From the human T2T-CHM13v2.0 reference genome, Homo sapiens, in assembly GCF_009914755.1 (NCBI RefSeq), contig NC_060932.1: a DNA stretch of 64,000 nt. One strand, 5' to 3'. The notes under the pieces are model-generated. The model had not been told where the DNA came from, ran no database searches, and saw only the letters and a program-made list of their open reading frames with translations. The position numbers and the translations under genes were made by a program. Shown piece after piece: positions 28,591 to 42,030 of the stretch (position 1 is the first letter of the stretch; the number at the start of each line of letters is the position of its first letter).

Positions 28591-30610
28591 TTTATTTTAT
28601 TTTATTATCAACTTTTAATTTCCCGGGTAAATGTGCAGGATGTGTAGATTTGTTACATAGGTAAATGTGTGCCATGGTGGTTTGCTGCACAGATCAGCCC
28701 ATCACCCAGGTATTAAACCCAGCACCCATTAGCTGTTCTTCCTGATACTCTTCTTCCCCAACCCCGGTAGGCCCCAGTGTGTGTTGTTCCCCTGCATGCA
28801 TCCATGTGTTCTCGTTGTTGAGCTCCCACTTATAAGTGAGAATATGTGGTGTCTGGTTTTCTGTTCCTGCACTAGTGTGCTGAGTATAACAGCTTCCAGC
28901 TTCATCCATGCAAAGGACACGATCTCATTCCTTTTCATGGCTGCATAGTATTCCATGGTGTATATGTACCACATTTTCTTTATCCAGTCTACTGTTGATG
29001 GGCACTCGAGTTGATTACATTTCTTTGCTATTGGGAATAGTACTGCAATGAACATACACATGCATGTATATTTATAATAAAGTGATTTATATTGCTTTGG
29101 GTATATACCCAGTAATGGGATTGCTGGGTCAAATGTTATTTCTGCTTCTAGATCTTTGAGGAATTGCCACACTGTCTTCCACAATTGTTGAACTAATTTA
29201 CATTCCCACCAACAGTGTAGAAGTATTCCTTTTTCTCCACAACTTGCCAGCATCTATCATTTCTTGACTTTTTATAATAGCCATTCTGACTGGTGTGAGA
29301 TAGTATCTCATTGTGGTTTTGATTTGCATTTTTCTAATAATCAGTGATGTTGAGCTTTTTTTCATATGTTTCTTGGCTACATGAATGTCTTCTTTTAGAA
29401 GTATCTGTTGATGCCCTTTGCCCACTCTCTTTTTTTTTTTTATTTCCATGGGTTTTGGGGGAACAGGTTGTATTTTGTTACATGAGTAAGTTCTTTTTTT
29501 TAATTATACTTTAAGTTCTAGGGTACATGTGCACAACTTGCAGGTTTGTTACATAGGTATACCTGTGCCATGTTGGTTTGCTGCACCCATCAACTCGTCA
29601 TTTACATTAGGTATTTCTCCTAATGCTATCCCTCCGCCCAGCCCCCCACCCCCAACAGGCCCCAGTGTGTGATGTGCCCTGCCCTGTGTCCATGTGTTCT
29701 CATTGTTCAACTCCCACCTATGAGTGAGAATGTGTGGTGTTTGGTTTTCTGTCCTTGTAATAGTTTTCTTAGAATGATGGTTTCCAGCTTCATCCATGTC
29801 CCTGCAAAGGACATGAACTCATCCTTTTTTATGCCTTTCCCACTTTTTAATGGGGTTGCTTGTTTTTTTCTTATACATTTGTTTAAGTTCCTTGTAGCGT
29901 CTGGATATTACACCTTTGTCAGATGAATAGATTGCAAAAATTTTCTCCCATTCTGTAGGTTGTCTCTTCACTTTGATGATCGTTTCTTTTGCTGTGCAGA
30001 AACTCTTTAGTTTAATTAGATCTCATTTGTCAATTTTGCCTTTGTTGCAGTTGCTTTTGGCATTTTCATCATGAAATCTTTTCCTGTGCCCATGTCCTGA
30101 ATGGTATCGCCTATATTTTTTTGTAGGGTTTTTGTAGTTTTGGGTTTTACATTTAAGTCTTTATTCCATCTTGAGTTAATTTTTGATAAGGTACAAGGAA
30201 GGGGTCCAGTTTCAATTTTCTGCGTATGGCTAGCCAGTTCTCCCAGCACCATTTATTAGATAGGGAATCCTTTCCCAATTACTTGTTTTTGTCAGGTTTG
30301 TCAAAGATCAGATGGATGTAGGTGTGCAGTCTTATTTCTGAGTTTTCTATTCTGTTCCATTAGTCTATGTGTCTGTTTTTGCACAGTATCATGCTGTTTT
30401 GACTGTAGCCTTGTAGTATAGTTTGAAGTTGGGTAGTGTGATGCCTCCAGCTCAGTTCTTTTTGATTAGGATTGTCTTGGCTATATGGGCTCTGTTTATG
30501 GATTTTAAAATAGTTTTATTCTAGTTCTGTGAAGAATATCAATGGTAGTTTAATGGAAATAGCATTGACTCTATAAATTACTTTAGGCAGTATGGCCATT
30601 TTCATAATAT
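28590..30610 (-). mobile_element. Mid-age L1PA (~L1PA10-13), 5'-truncated, interrupted by a younger L1
   Basis: 3'UTR gccatggtggtttgctgcacagatca; ORF2 fragments 28729-29449 and 30016-30252. Confidence 0.9.
29430..29833 (-). mobile_element. Short L1PA(6/7) 3' end plus ~60-nt L1PB-type tail inside one TSD
   Basis: TSD cctttgcccact (29415-29426) / cctttcccact (29834-29844); two T-tracts at 29430-29441 and 29494-29501. Confidence 0.8.
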
Positions 30611-30623
30611 TATTTTTGATACT

Positions 30624-31930
<1,307 letters not shown>

Positions 31931-31939
31931 GTTTCTTAA

Positions 31940-32700
31940 ATGGTTTATTGATATAAAATTTACATAATGTAAAATTATCTTAATTTTGTTAAGATGAATA
32001 AAATCAATGACATTTAGAATATTAACAATGTTGTGCAACCACCATCTCTATCTAATTTCAAAATATTTCCATCATTCCAAAATAGAACTACTTAAACATA
32101 AAGCAGTTTCTCCCCAGCCCAGGGAAACCATCAATCTTCATTCCATCTCTAACGACTTATCTATTATAGATATTTCATATAAGTGGAACTAAACAATATG
32201 TAGATTTTTGCATCCAGCTTCTTCACTTAGCATAAAGCTTTCAAGATTCATCCATGTTGTAGTAAAAATCAGAACTCCATTTCTTCTTATAGCTAAATAA
32301 TATTCCATTGTACATATATACCACAATTTGTTTATCCATTCTTCTGTTGAGGATTATTTGGGCTATTTTCACCTTTGGCTATTGTGAATAGTGCTCCTAT
32401 AAACATGCATGTACACGTATTTGTTTGAGCATGTGTTTTCAATTCTGTTGAGTATACACATAGGAGTAGAATTCCAGGGTCATGTAGTAATTCCATGTTT
32501 AACTTTTTGAGGAACCACCAAATTGTTTGCACGGTGGCTAAAACATTTTATTTTTCCACTAGCAGTATATGAGGGATCCAATTTCTTCACTGTCTCACCA
32601 AAACTTATTATTTGCAGGGGGTGGGGTGTTTGTTTTTATCACAGTTATCCTAGTGGGGTTGAAGTACTACCTGATTGTTTTTATTTGCATTTTTATAATG
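31940..32700 (-). mobile_element. L1MB-type 3' fragment (host of THE1; resumes ~35061-35160)
   Basis: tttattgatataaaattta, cacttagcataa, ggctattgtgaatagtgct. Confidence 0.8.
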
Positions 32701-32705
32701 AATAA

Positions 32706-35055
32706 TGTATTAGTCCATTTTCATGCTGTTATAAAGAACTGTCCAAGACTGGGTAATTTATAAAGGAAAGAGGTTTAATTGACTCACAGTTCCACATGGC
32801 TGGGGAGGCCTCAGGAAACTTACAATCATGGCAGAAGGGAAAGCAAACATGTACTTCCTCACAAGATGCAGGAAACAGCAGTGCCAAGCAAGAGGGAAAA
32901 ACCTGTTATAAAATCACCAGGTCTCATGCTAACTCACTCACTAGCCACAGCTGGAGGTGAAGCAGCTGGGATGCAGGACACCATGCTCCAAGGCTGCACG
33001 AGCAGGGTTGCCCTGGGCATGGCCCAGTAAACTATTTTTCCCTCCTTTTCCCTCTGATTTGGGTGGGGACACTGCCAAACCATATCATTCCACCCCAGCC
33101 CCTCCAAAATCTCATGTTCTCACATTTCAAAACACAATCATGACTTTCCAATAGTCCCTAAAGTCATAACTCATTCCAACATCAACTCAAAAGTCCAAGT
33201 CCAGGATCTCATCTGAAACAAGGCAAGTTCCTTCTGCCTATGAGCCTGTAAAATCAAAAGCAAGTTAGTTACTTCCTAGGTACAATGGGGGCACAGACAT
33301 CAGGTAAATACACCCATTCTAAATGGGAGAAATTGGCCAAAACAAAGAAGCTAAAGGCCCCATGCAAGTCCAAAACCCAGGAGGGCAATCATTTAACCTT
33401 AAAGTTCCAAAATGATCTCCTTTGACTCCATGTTTCACATCCAGGTTGCATTTATGCAAAAGGTGGGCTCCCATGGCCTTGGACAGCTCTGCTCCTGTGG
33501 GTTTGCAGGGTACAGCCCCACTCCCAGCTGCTTTCATGGCTGACATTGAGTGTCTGTGGCTTTTCCAGGCACACAGTCCAAGCTGTCAATGGATCTACCA
33601 TTCTGGGGTCTAGAGGATGGTGGCCCTCTTCTCACAGCTCCACTAGGCAGTGCCCCACTGGGGACTCTGTGTGGGAGCTCCAACCTCACATTTCCCTTCC
33701 ACACTGCCCTAGCAGAGGTTCTCTGTGAGGGCTCCACCACTGCAGCAGACTTCTGCCTGGACATCCAGGCATTTCCATACATCTTCTGAAATCTAGGAGG
33801 AAGTTCCCAAACCTCAATTCTTTACTTCTGTGCACCCACAGGCTCAACACCACATGGAAGCCACCAAGGCTTGGGGCTTGCACTCTCTGAAGTAATGGCC
33901 CAAACTGTATGTACCTCGGCTCCTTTTAGCCACAGCTGGAGGTGAAACAGCTGGGATGCAGGACACCATGCCCCAAGGCTGCACAGAGCAGGGTGGCCCT
34001 GGGCATGGCCCAGTAAACCACTTTTCCCTCTGTGGCCTGTAATGGGAGGGGCTGCTGTGAAGGTCTCTGACATGCCCTGGAGACATTTTCCCCATTGTCT
34101 TGGTGATGAACATTTGGCTCCCCATTACCTATGCAAATTTCCTCAGCTGGCTTGAATTTCTCCCCAGAAAATCTGGTTTTCTTTTCTATCACATTATCAG
34201 GTGGCAAATTTTCCAAACTTTTAAGCTCTGCTTCCTCTTGAATGCTTTCCCACTTAGAAATTTCTTCCTCCAGATATCCTAAATCATCTATCTCAAGTTC
34301 AAAGTTCCACAGATCTCTAGGGCAAGGTCAAAATGCCACCAGTCTCTTTTCTAAAGCATCACAAGTGTCACCTTTATTCCAGTCCCCAACAAGTTTCTCA
34401 TCTCCATCTGAGCCTGGGCTAAGATGAGGTGAGATGAGATGAGGAACTTGTTGGGAACTGAGACCATCTCAGCCTGGACTTCATTGTCCATATCACTATC
34501 AGCATTTTGGTCAAAGCCATTCAACAAGTCTCTAGGAAGTTCCAAACTTTTCCACATTTTCCTGTCTTCTTCTGAGCCCTCCAAACTGTTCCAACCTCTG
34601 CCTGTTACCCAGTTCCAAAGTCGCTTCCACATTTTCAGGTATCTTTACAGGAGTGCCCCTCTACTCCTGGTACCAACTTACTGTATTAGCCCATTCTCAC
34701 ACTGCTATAAATAACTGTCCAAGACTGGGTAATTTAAAAAGGAAAGAAGTTTACTTGACTCACAGTTCTGCATGGTTGGGGAGGCCTCAGGAAACTTACA
34801 ATCATAGCAGAGGGGGAAGCAAACACATCCCTCTACACAAGGCAGCAGGAGACACAAGAGCCAAGCAAGGGGGAAAAGCCCCTTATAAAACCACCAAATC
34901 TCATGATAACTCACTCACTATCATGAGAACATCAGCATGGAGGTAACTGCCCCATGATTCAATTACCTCCATCAGGTCCCTCCCACGATATGTGGGGATT
35001 ATGGAAACTACAATTCAAGATGAGATTTGGGTGGGGACACAGCTAAACCATATCA
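32706..35055 (-). mobile_element. THE1 (THE1D-like) MaLR element: LTR 32706-33087, internal 33088-34681, LTR 34682-35055
   Basis: Two LTRs tgtattag...aaccatatca flanking THE1-int sequence; perfect 5-bp TSD aataa at 32701-32705 and 35056-35060. Confidence 0.95.
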
Positions 35056-35318
35056 AATAACAATATTAAACATCTTATCATGTGCTTATTGGCTATTTGT
35101 AGATCTTTTTTTAAAGAAATGTCTATTCAAGTCCTTTGCTTATTTTTTAATTGAGTTGTTTGGGGTTTTCTTTGTTTTATCTATATCTTCTTGGGTCAGT
35201 TTCAGTAGGTTGTGACTTTCTAGGAATTTGTCAATTTCATGCAAATTGTATAATTTATTGGAATACAATACTTTTTTATTTCTAGAAGGTCAAAAGTAAT
35301 ATCTTCTCTTTTATTTCT

Positions 35319-36285
35319 TTTTTTTATATACTTTAAGTTTTAGGTTACATGTGCACAACGTGCAGGTTTGTTACCTATGTATACATGTGCCATATTGGTG
35401 TGCTGCACCCATTAACTCATCATTTAGCATTAGGTATATCTTCTAATGCTATCCCTCCCCTCTCCCCCAACCCCACAACAGTCTGCAGTGTGTGATGTTC
35501 CCCTCCCTGTGTTCATGTGTTCTCATTGTTCAATTCCCACCTATAAGTGAGAACATGCGGTGTTTGGTTTTTTGTCCTTGCGATAGTTTGCTGAGAATGA
35601 TGGTTTCCAGCTTCATCCATGTCCCTACAAAGGACATGAACTCATCATTTTTTATGGCTGCATAGTATTCCATGGTGTATATGTGCCACATTTTCTTAAT
35701 CCAGCCTATCATTGTTGGACATTTGGCTTGGTTCCAAGTCTTTGCTATTGTGAGTAGTGCCGCAATAAACATAGATGTGCATGTGTCTTTATAGCAGCAT
35801 GATTTATAGTCCTTTGGGTATATACCCAGCAATGGAATGGCTGGGTCAAATGGTATTTCTAGTTCTAGATCCCTGAGGAATCGCCACACCAACTTCCACA
35901 ATGGTTGAACTAGTTTACAGTCCCACCAACAGTGTAAAAGTGTTCCTATTTCTCCACATCCTCTCCAGCACCTGTTGTTTCCTGACTTTTTAATGATTGC
36001 CATTCTAACTGGTGTGAGATGGTATCTCATTGTGGTTTTGATTTGCATTTCTCTGATGGCCAGTGATGGTGAGCATTTTTTCATGTGTTTTTTGGCTGCA
36101 TAAATGTCTTCTTTTGAGAAGTGTCTGTTCATATCCTTTGCCCACTTTTTGATGGGGTTGTTTGTTTTTTTCTTGTAAATTTGTTTGAGTACATTGTAGA
36201 TTCTGGATATTAGCCCTTTGTCAGATGAGTAGGTTGCAAAAATTTTCTCCCATTCTGTAGGTTGCCTGTTCACTCTGACGGTGGT
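35319..36285 (-). mobile_element. L1PA3/4-like, 5'-truncated (~970 bp), open ORF2 C-terminus
   Basis: ORF 35530-36339 matches the ORF2 C-terminus including [18 protein letters not shown] and ends [10 protein letters not shown]; perfect TSD ttctcttttatttct at 35304-35318 and 36286-36300. Confidence 0.96.
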
Positions 36286-36979
36286 TTCTCTTTTATTTCT
36301 AATTCTAGTAATTTGAATTTTCACTAATTTTTTGGTCAATTTAGCTAAATATTTATTAATTCTGTTAATGTGTTTAAAGAACTAGCTACTCTGTTGTTTG
36401 GTTTCTATAAATTTGTGAGTTTCTCAAATATAAGAAAATCTTTTATTGATTTCTAATTTCATTTCATTACAGTTAAGGAAGACAGGTTTTATTATTTCTA
36501 TACTTTCAAATTTATTGAGGTTTGTTTTATAGCCTGCCATAGGATGCATCCTTCACTTGAAAAGAAGATATATTCTGCTGTTGTTAGGTGGAGTGCTCTA
36601 CAGGATTCTGTGCAGTCTAGCGGGTTTATCATGTTGTTAAATTCTTCACTTTCTTTGTTGATCTTCTGCTACTTGTTCCATCCATTACCAAAAGTGTGAT
36701 ATGGAAGTCCCCAACTATTGTTTTTAATTATCTATTTCTTCTTTCATTTCTGTCAGATTATACTTCATGTATTTTGCTGCTTTCTTGTTAGATACATATA
36801 TGTTTATAATGGTTACATCTTTCTGATGAATTGAACTTTTGATTATCATAAAATATCCCTCTATATCTCCAGTAAAGTTTTTTGTTTTAAGGTCTATTTT
36901 GTCTGATGAACACACCAGCTCTCTTGTCATCACTGTGTACATGACATATCTTTTTTCATCCATTTACTTTCCATTTATT

Positions 36980-37147
36980 TTATTTATTCTTTTGATTTTT
37001 CAGAAAGAGTCTATTCTGTTGCCCAGGCAGAAGTGCGATGGTGTGATCTTGGCCCACTGCAGTCTCAACCACCTGGGCTCAAGCAATCCTCCCACCTCAG
37101 CCCCTGAGTAGCTGGGACTACAAGCAAGTGTGCCACCATGCCTGGCT

Positions 37148-37181
<34 letters not shown>

Positions 37182-37298
37182 GTAGAGACAGGGTCACCCT
37201 ATGTTGCCCAGCTGGTCTCAAACTCCTAGGTTCAAGCAATCCTCCTGTCCAGGCTCCCAAAGTGCTGGAATTATAGGCACAAGCCACTGCATCCAGCC
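36980..37298 (-). mobile_element. AluJ with an expanded middle A-tract
   Basis: ctgggctcaagcaatcctcccacc; T31 at 37150-37180; TSD ttcMatttatt at 36969 and 37299. Confidence 0.9.
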
Positions 37299-37612
37299 TT
37301 CAATTTATTCTTGTCTTTAAATCTAAAGTGTATCTCCTATAGACAGCATATACTGGGAACTTTTTTTATCCAGTCTCACAGTGTTTGCTTTTAATTGGAT
37401 CATTTATTTTATTCACATTTTATGATACTGATGTAGTTGGATTTATGTCTGCCATTTTACTTCCTTTTTTCTATATGTCTCATGTCTTTTTTGTTCCTCT
37501 ATTCCTCCTTTACTACTTTCTTTTGCATTAACTTAATATTTTCTAATGTAGCATTTTCATTTCTTTAATGATATTTTCTACTATTTTTAGTGGTTGCTCT
37601 AGGGCTTACCAT

Positions 37613-37654
37613 AGATATACCTTAACTTACCAAAGATATACCTTAACTTACCAA
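37613..37654. repeat. Perfect 21-bp tandem duplication
   Basis: agatataccttaacttaccaa x2. Confidence 0.9.
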
Positions 37655-38029
37655 AAACAGCTTCAGATTTATACTAATTTAATTCCAATGAGATATAGAA
37701 CTATTGCTCCTATATACGTTTATTACCTTCTTCTCCTTTGTGTAGTTTTATTGCTATGCATATTACATATGTAAACATTACCAATTCAGCAATACTTCGT
37801 AATAATTATATTATTACTTCATATAATTTCATGTCTTTTAAAGACATTTCTTTTTAAATTTATTGGCAAGAATATTAAATTTCTATGTATTATAGAGACA
37901 AAAAACATATTCATACTGTTTTATATGGTTTTATAAAAAATTAGTTACAAGAAAAAAGGCATAAATTGATTCATAAGCCAATCAAATCAAATTCAGGCTC
38001 CTTTGAAGGTATAGTTCTGAATGTCAGTG

Positions 38030-38935
38030 TTTAAGGTTTGTTCTGACCACAGGAGGGTTCTTCCCAGCTATTTCTTCCCTGTTTCCCTCTCTGGTAAACT
38101 AGCGAGCCTATAACACCCACGAATCTATTAATCTCCCAATTACCTTTCACCACAACTTTCACTATTTTTGAAAGTGTCCTTGGGCTTGAACTTCTCTGCA
38201 ATCTGTTGCAAATGAAGCAAGTTCCTTTGGTCAGAGATTTGGAACTCTCTGCTTCTATAGACTGTTTTCCCCCTGGTATAAATTTCTGAGCCAAGCCCTG
38301 GTACTAGGGGTGGGGATGATGGCGTGCTTCTCTCTGAGTGACAACTCCACTTTAGGAGCTGAGTGCTGAGTGAGTTGGGGAGGGGCCATCAGCCCCAGGT
38401 CCCTTTGGCTTGCCCTTCTCCACATGGAATCCTTGTCCCCAAGCTTGAGCAAGGGGCCCAAGTTTTCTCAACAGCACTACTCCCAAGGTAAAACCTCCAT
38501 TCCATAGTTGAGGCTGGATGGAACAAGGGAACCCCCCGGCTCCCAGCTGTACTTGCCCAGAACCTGGCCTCAGCAACAGGTAGCTGGGAGCAGAAGGAGA
38601 AATGCTTATGTCCTATCCCCCCAAGGGAATATAGTCCTCCAACTTGGAATTAGCAGGAGTGAGGGCCCTGGGTTTTAGGCTATACCAGTCTGGAATATAT
38701 GGTACATCTTGCTGAGCTGGAATGGGGGAGAGAGAATGCAGGTCTTGGCTCAACTAGCAAAGACTCTCATCGTTCTTATTGAGTTTATTATATTTTCTTA
38801 AATAAATGTTTTTTTTTCATTTACTATATGCTCTTAGAACCATTTCCAGAGACTTTAAATGCTTGGGAGAATCTTATATAATTTTCAACAAGTTTTGCTG
38901 GGGATGAGGTCTATGGAGCTGCTCACATCATTACG
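38030..38935 (-). mobile_element. Probable old L1M 5' region
   Basis: Collinear with the adjacent L1M; ends tggagctgctcacatcatt, similar to old L1M 5' ends (recalled, not verified). Confidence 0.4.
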
Positions 38936-38964
38936 GAGAAACCTCAGCACAAACTTCAAATGAT

Positions 38965-39830
38965 AAAATGCCCTGGAGCTCATTCTCTAGATCTCTTATT
39001 TTCTGTATCTAGACACACTCCCTTGATTATCTCATCCAGTTGTGTGGCTTGATATATCATCTATACATAGATCTAAATTGCAAGCCTGGTTGTCACCTCT
39101 GATTTATAGATTCTCATACCAACTGCCTCCTCGACTAGGATGTTAATAAGCATTTCAAACTTAAATCCAAATTTGAGCTTCTCCTATCTCTCCTAAATCT
39201 GTTGCTCCCACAGTCTTCTTTATTCCATTAAATTATTTCTATTTCTCAGGCCATGAAGTCAACTTTAGCTCTTCTCCGTCTCTGAGATTTCACATTTATT
39301 CTATTAGGAAATCATGTAGCTCCACCTTCAAAATAAATCCAGAATCTGCCCACTTTTGACCACCTCCATTATTATCACCTTATTTGCAACCATTATTAGC
39401 TCCAATCAGATTATTTAAATAACCTTCTAGTTAATAGTATAAGCTGTTTCTACTCTTGTTCTCCTCCAATTCATTCACCACAATGCAACCAGAGCAATTC
39501 TATTATAAAAACAAGTCCATTTATTTCACTTCTTTTCTCAGAACCCTCCAACAGTTTTCCATGTCACTTAAGACTTTTTAAAAAGTCATTTTAATAGTCT
39601 ACAAGTCTTTCCACAGTCTAGCATCAACCCCAAATACTTGTCTGATCTTAACTACTCCTACTTCCACGCTCTGCCCCAGCTCTGCTGACCTCCTTACTAT
39701 TTCTGCAATACGGCATTCATACTTGCCACTCAAGAATCTGATCTTGCTGTTTCTTCTGCCTATAATGCTCTTCACCTCTTCCTCCTCACCTCCCTCATGT
39801 CTTTAGACAACTATTACCCCTCCCTTATGC
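38965..39830 (+). mobile_element. L2 fragment (RT-encoding part and downstream)
   Basis: cactcccttgattatctcatccagttgtgtggcttgatatatcatctatac approximates L2 RT HSLGDLIQSHGFKYHLY; ccttcaaaataaatccagaatctg. Confidence 0.8.
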
Positions 39831-40077
39831 CTGGATCTCCTATCCAAAATTGTAACACTAAAGGGAAATCTTGGGGTGTTAACATGAAAAGGAAACTGTG
39901 CCTGAATATTGGAGCATGTGAGGCTTGGAAGTGCAAGGGAGCACCAAAATTTAATCTTAACCCTAATGGCCAGGCATTTAGATTTTATGCAAATGTAGGG
40001 ATAGAAGATACGGCCTTGGACACATGTATGGTAAGGACCTACCAGAAATTGAGACCTATGCATGAAGTCAGAACATT

Positions 40078-40080
<3 letters not shown>

Positions 40081-40129
<49 letters not shown>
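40081..40129. repeat. (CA)24 microsatellite
   Basis: Perfect CA run. Confidence 0.97.
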
Positions 40130-40132
<3 letters not shown>

Positions 40133-40294
40133 AAAAGCACCAGTCCACAGAAGCAGAAAGATGCTACTAGAAAGGCAGTTTGTCAACGAACCAGAGGAGG
40201 CAAGGAGTCGATATGATTATTGAGGAAATTTAAGCATCTAGGAGTCAGTTGGACTAGAAGATATTACATCCATAAAATACCATGATTTGGTTTA

Positions 40295-40470
40295 TCGTTA
40301 GACCTGGCTCTGCTCCTTACCACTTATGTGATCTTGTATATATCTTTTACATTTTCTGAACCTCAGTTTACTTATTTACAATATGAAAGAAAAAATCCTG
40401 TTATGTGGATCTCACACTTTATTTTCGAGGCAGAACATGAAATCGCTATGTAAAGTGAAAATACTATAAA
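40295..40470 (+). mobile_element. MIR
   Basis: cctggctctgctccttaccacttatgtgatcttg ... tctgaacctcagttt. Confidence 0.7.
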
Positions 40471-41059
40471 AAGAGTAATTGAGATGTTCCTTAGAATCTC
40501 TGAGATGTAAGTTATCCTAACTCACCTCCTCCACCCCTCCCATATTTACATATATTTGAATCCAATCTCTTCCTTATGGTTTCCCCAAATCTCCGTTCTC
40601 ATTTCCATGCCCACCATATTAATTATGCTCTCTGCCAATTTCCAAGATCAAAAGAATCCACTTAAGCCAAACATCTGGTGATTTTAGAAACTACACTGAA
40701 GATTTGAGGGTTCATAGCAGAGGAATATTATTTCTTACCTCACAGAACTCTGTCATCTTTTCAGACCTGTACTTCCTGCTGTCCTCTTCCACAGCCTGTG
40801 TTCCCAATATATGACTCTCTTTGCCATGCACAGACTCATGGGAAATGCACCTATTTACCCAGGTCCCACCGCTTGTCTCCTGGATTACTACAGTGCAACA
40901 TTTTTTCCATCCCATCACATACATAATACCACAGTTTCACAACTGACAAAGTTTCAGAAGTTGACAAAGGTCAAGGGAGACCGTGCATTTTTCCTAAGAG
41001 TATAGATGCAAAAGCACAAACCACCAGAGTTGAGAGCATGTTGGTAAAAGAAAAAAAAA

Positions 41060-41061
<2 letters not shown>

Positions 41062-41090
<29 letters not shown>
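41062..41090. repeat. (AC)14 microsatellite
   Basis: Perfect AC run. Confidence 0.95.
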
Positions 41091-41093
<3 letters not shown>

Positions 41094-41454
41094 ACATACA
41101 CCATTTATTCTTTTGTAGTAATGTAACTTCAAAAATGATATGCCATACCCAAAAGTGCCAGACATTGTATGAGGTCAACTGAAGCACAGGTGCTTCACAT
41201 CCCATCACATCATTCATTCCTAGGTAACATTTCACCACAGATCACTGCATTCATGTAAGTCATTCGTTCTAGATTAAGAATCTATGTGGTATAACCGTGT
41301 GTTATAATAAACCTTCAACAAACTTTTCAACAAATGCTTTACAATGCAACCTCATTAAAGAGTACTAAAAGATTTGCAAAACAGACAATTCGTATTTTCA
41401 CAATATTTGGCATGTAGCAGGACTTAATTTGCTGCTACAAAAACAGAAATATTC

Positions 41455-41739
41455 TTTTTTTTTTCTTTGGAGATAGGGTCTCACTCCATCACCCAGGCTG
41501 CAGTGCAGTGACATGGTCAGGGCTCACTGCAGCCTCGACCTCTCGGGCTCAGGTGATTCTCCCACCTCAGCCTCCAAAGTAGCTGGAAATATAGGTATGC
41601 GCCAACACACCTGGCTAATTTTTGTGTTTTTTGTAGAGATGGGGTTTCACCATGTTGCCCAGGCTGGTCTTGAACTCCTAGGCTCAAGCTTGACCTTCCA
41701 AAATGCTGGGATTGCAGGTGTGAGCCAATGCACCTTGCC
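41455..41739 (-). mobile_element. AluJb-like
   Basis: gctcactgcagcctcgacctctcgggctcaggtgattctcccacc; TSD cagaaaYatt at 41444 and 41740. Confidence 0.9.
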
Positions 41740-41849
41740 CAGAAACATTTTTACAATGTTGCTGATGTTACTATTTGGCCACATGATTCCTAATTACGAC
41801 TGCTAACCTGGATCATCAATGACTTGTACCCAACTAAGAGCCTTTTCAT

Positions 41850-42030
41850 TACCTCATTTAATCCTCATAGCTCCCATGTCTCAAAGGTACTATTGTTTTC
41901 ATTTTACAGATAAGCAAACTGAAGTTTAGCCAAGGGATATCTCTTGCCCAAGATCTCCCAGCTAGTGAGTGGCAGGCCCAAGAGTTGAATTCAGAGTGTT
42001 CCTGACTCGGACATCTATATTCTAAACAGA
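41850..42030 (-). mobile_element. MIR
   Basis: ctcatttaatcctcatag ... cattttacagataagcaaactgaag ... agctagtgagtggcag. Confidence 0.8.

Larger units (their letters stand above)
36301..37930 (-). mobile_element. Old L1M ORF2 endonuclease-region and upstream fragments
   Basis: ORF 36724-36963 SDKIDLKTK...EGYFMIIKSSIHQKDVTIINIY resembles the L1 EN domain. Confidence 0.8.

Noticed and set aside
33319-34946. Dense overlapping ORFs on both strands
   Set aside because: All lie in THE1 internal/LTR sequence; short and broken, with no intact gag or pol.
35530-36339. Longest ORF (269 aa) as a gene
   Set aside because: It is the C-terminus of L1 ORF2 from a 5'-truncated L1PA. The first ~18 codons come from the host L1M/TSD and begin at TTG; there is no promoter, EN or RT domain.
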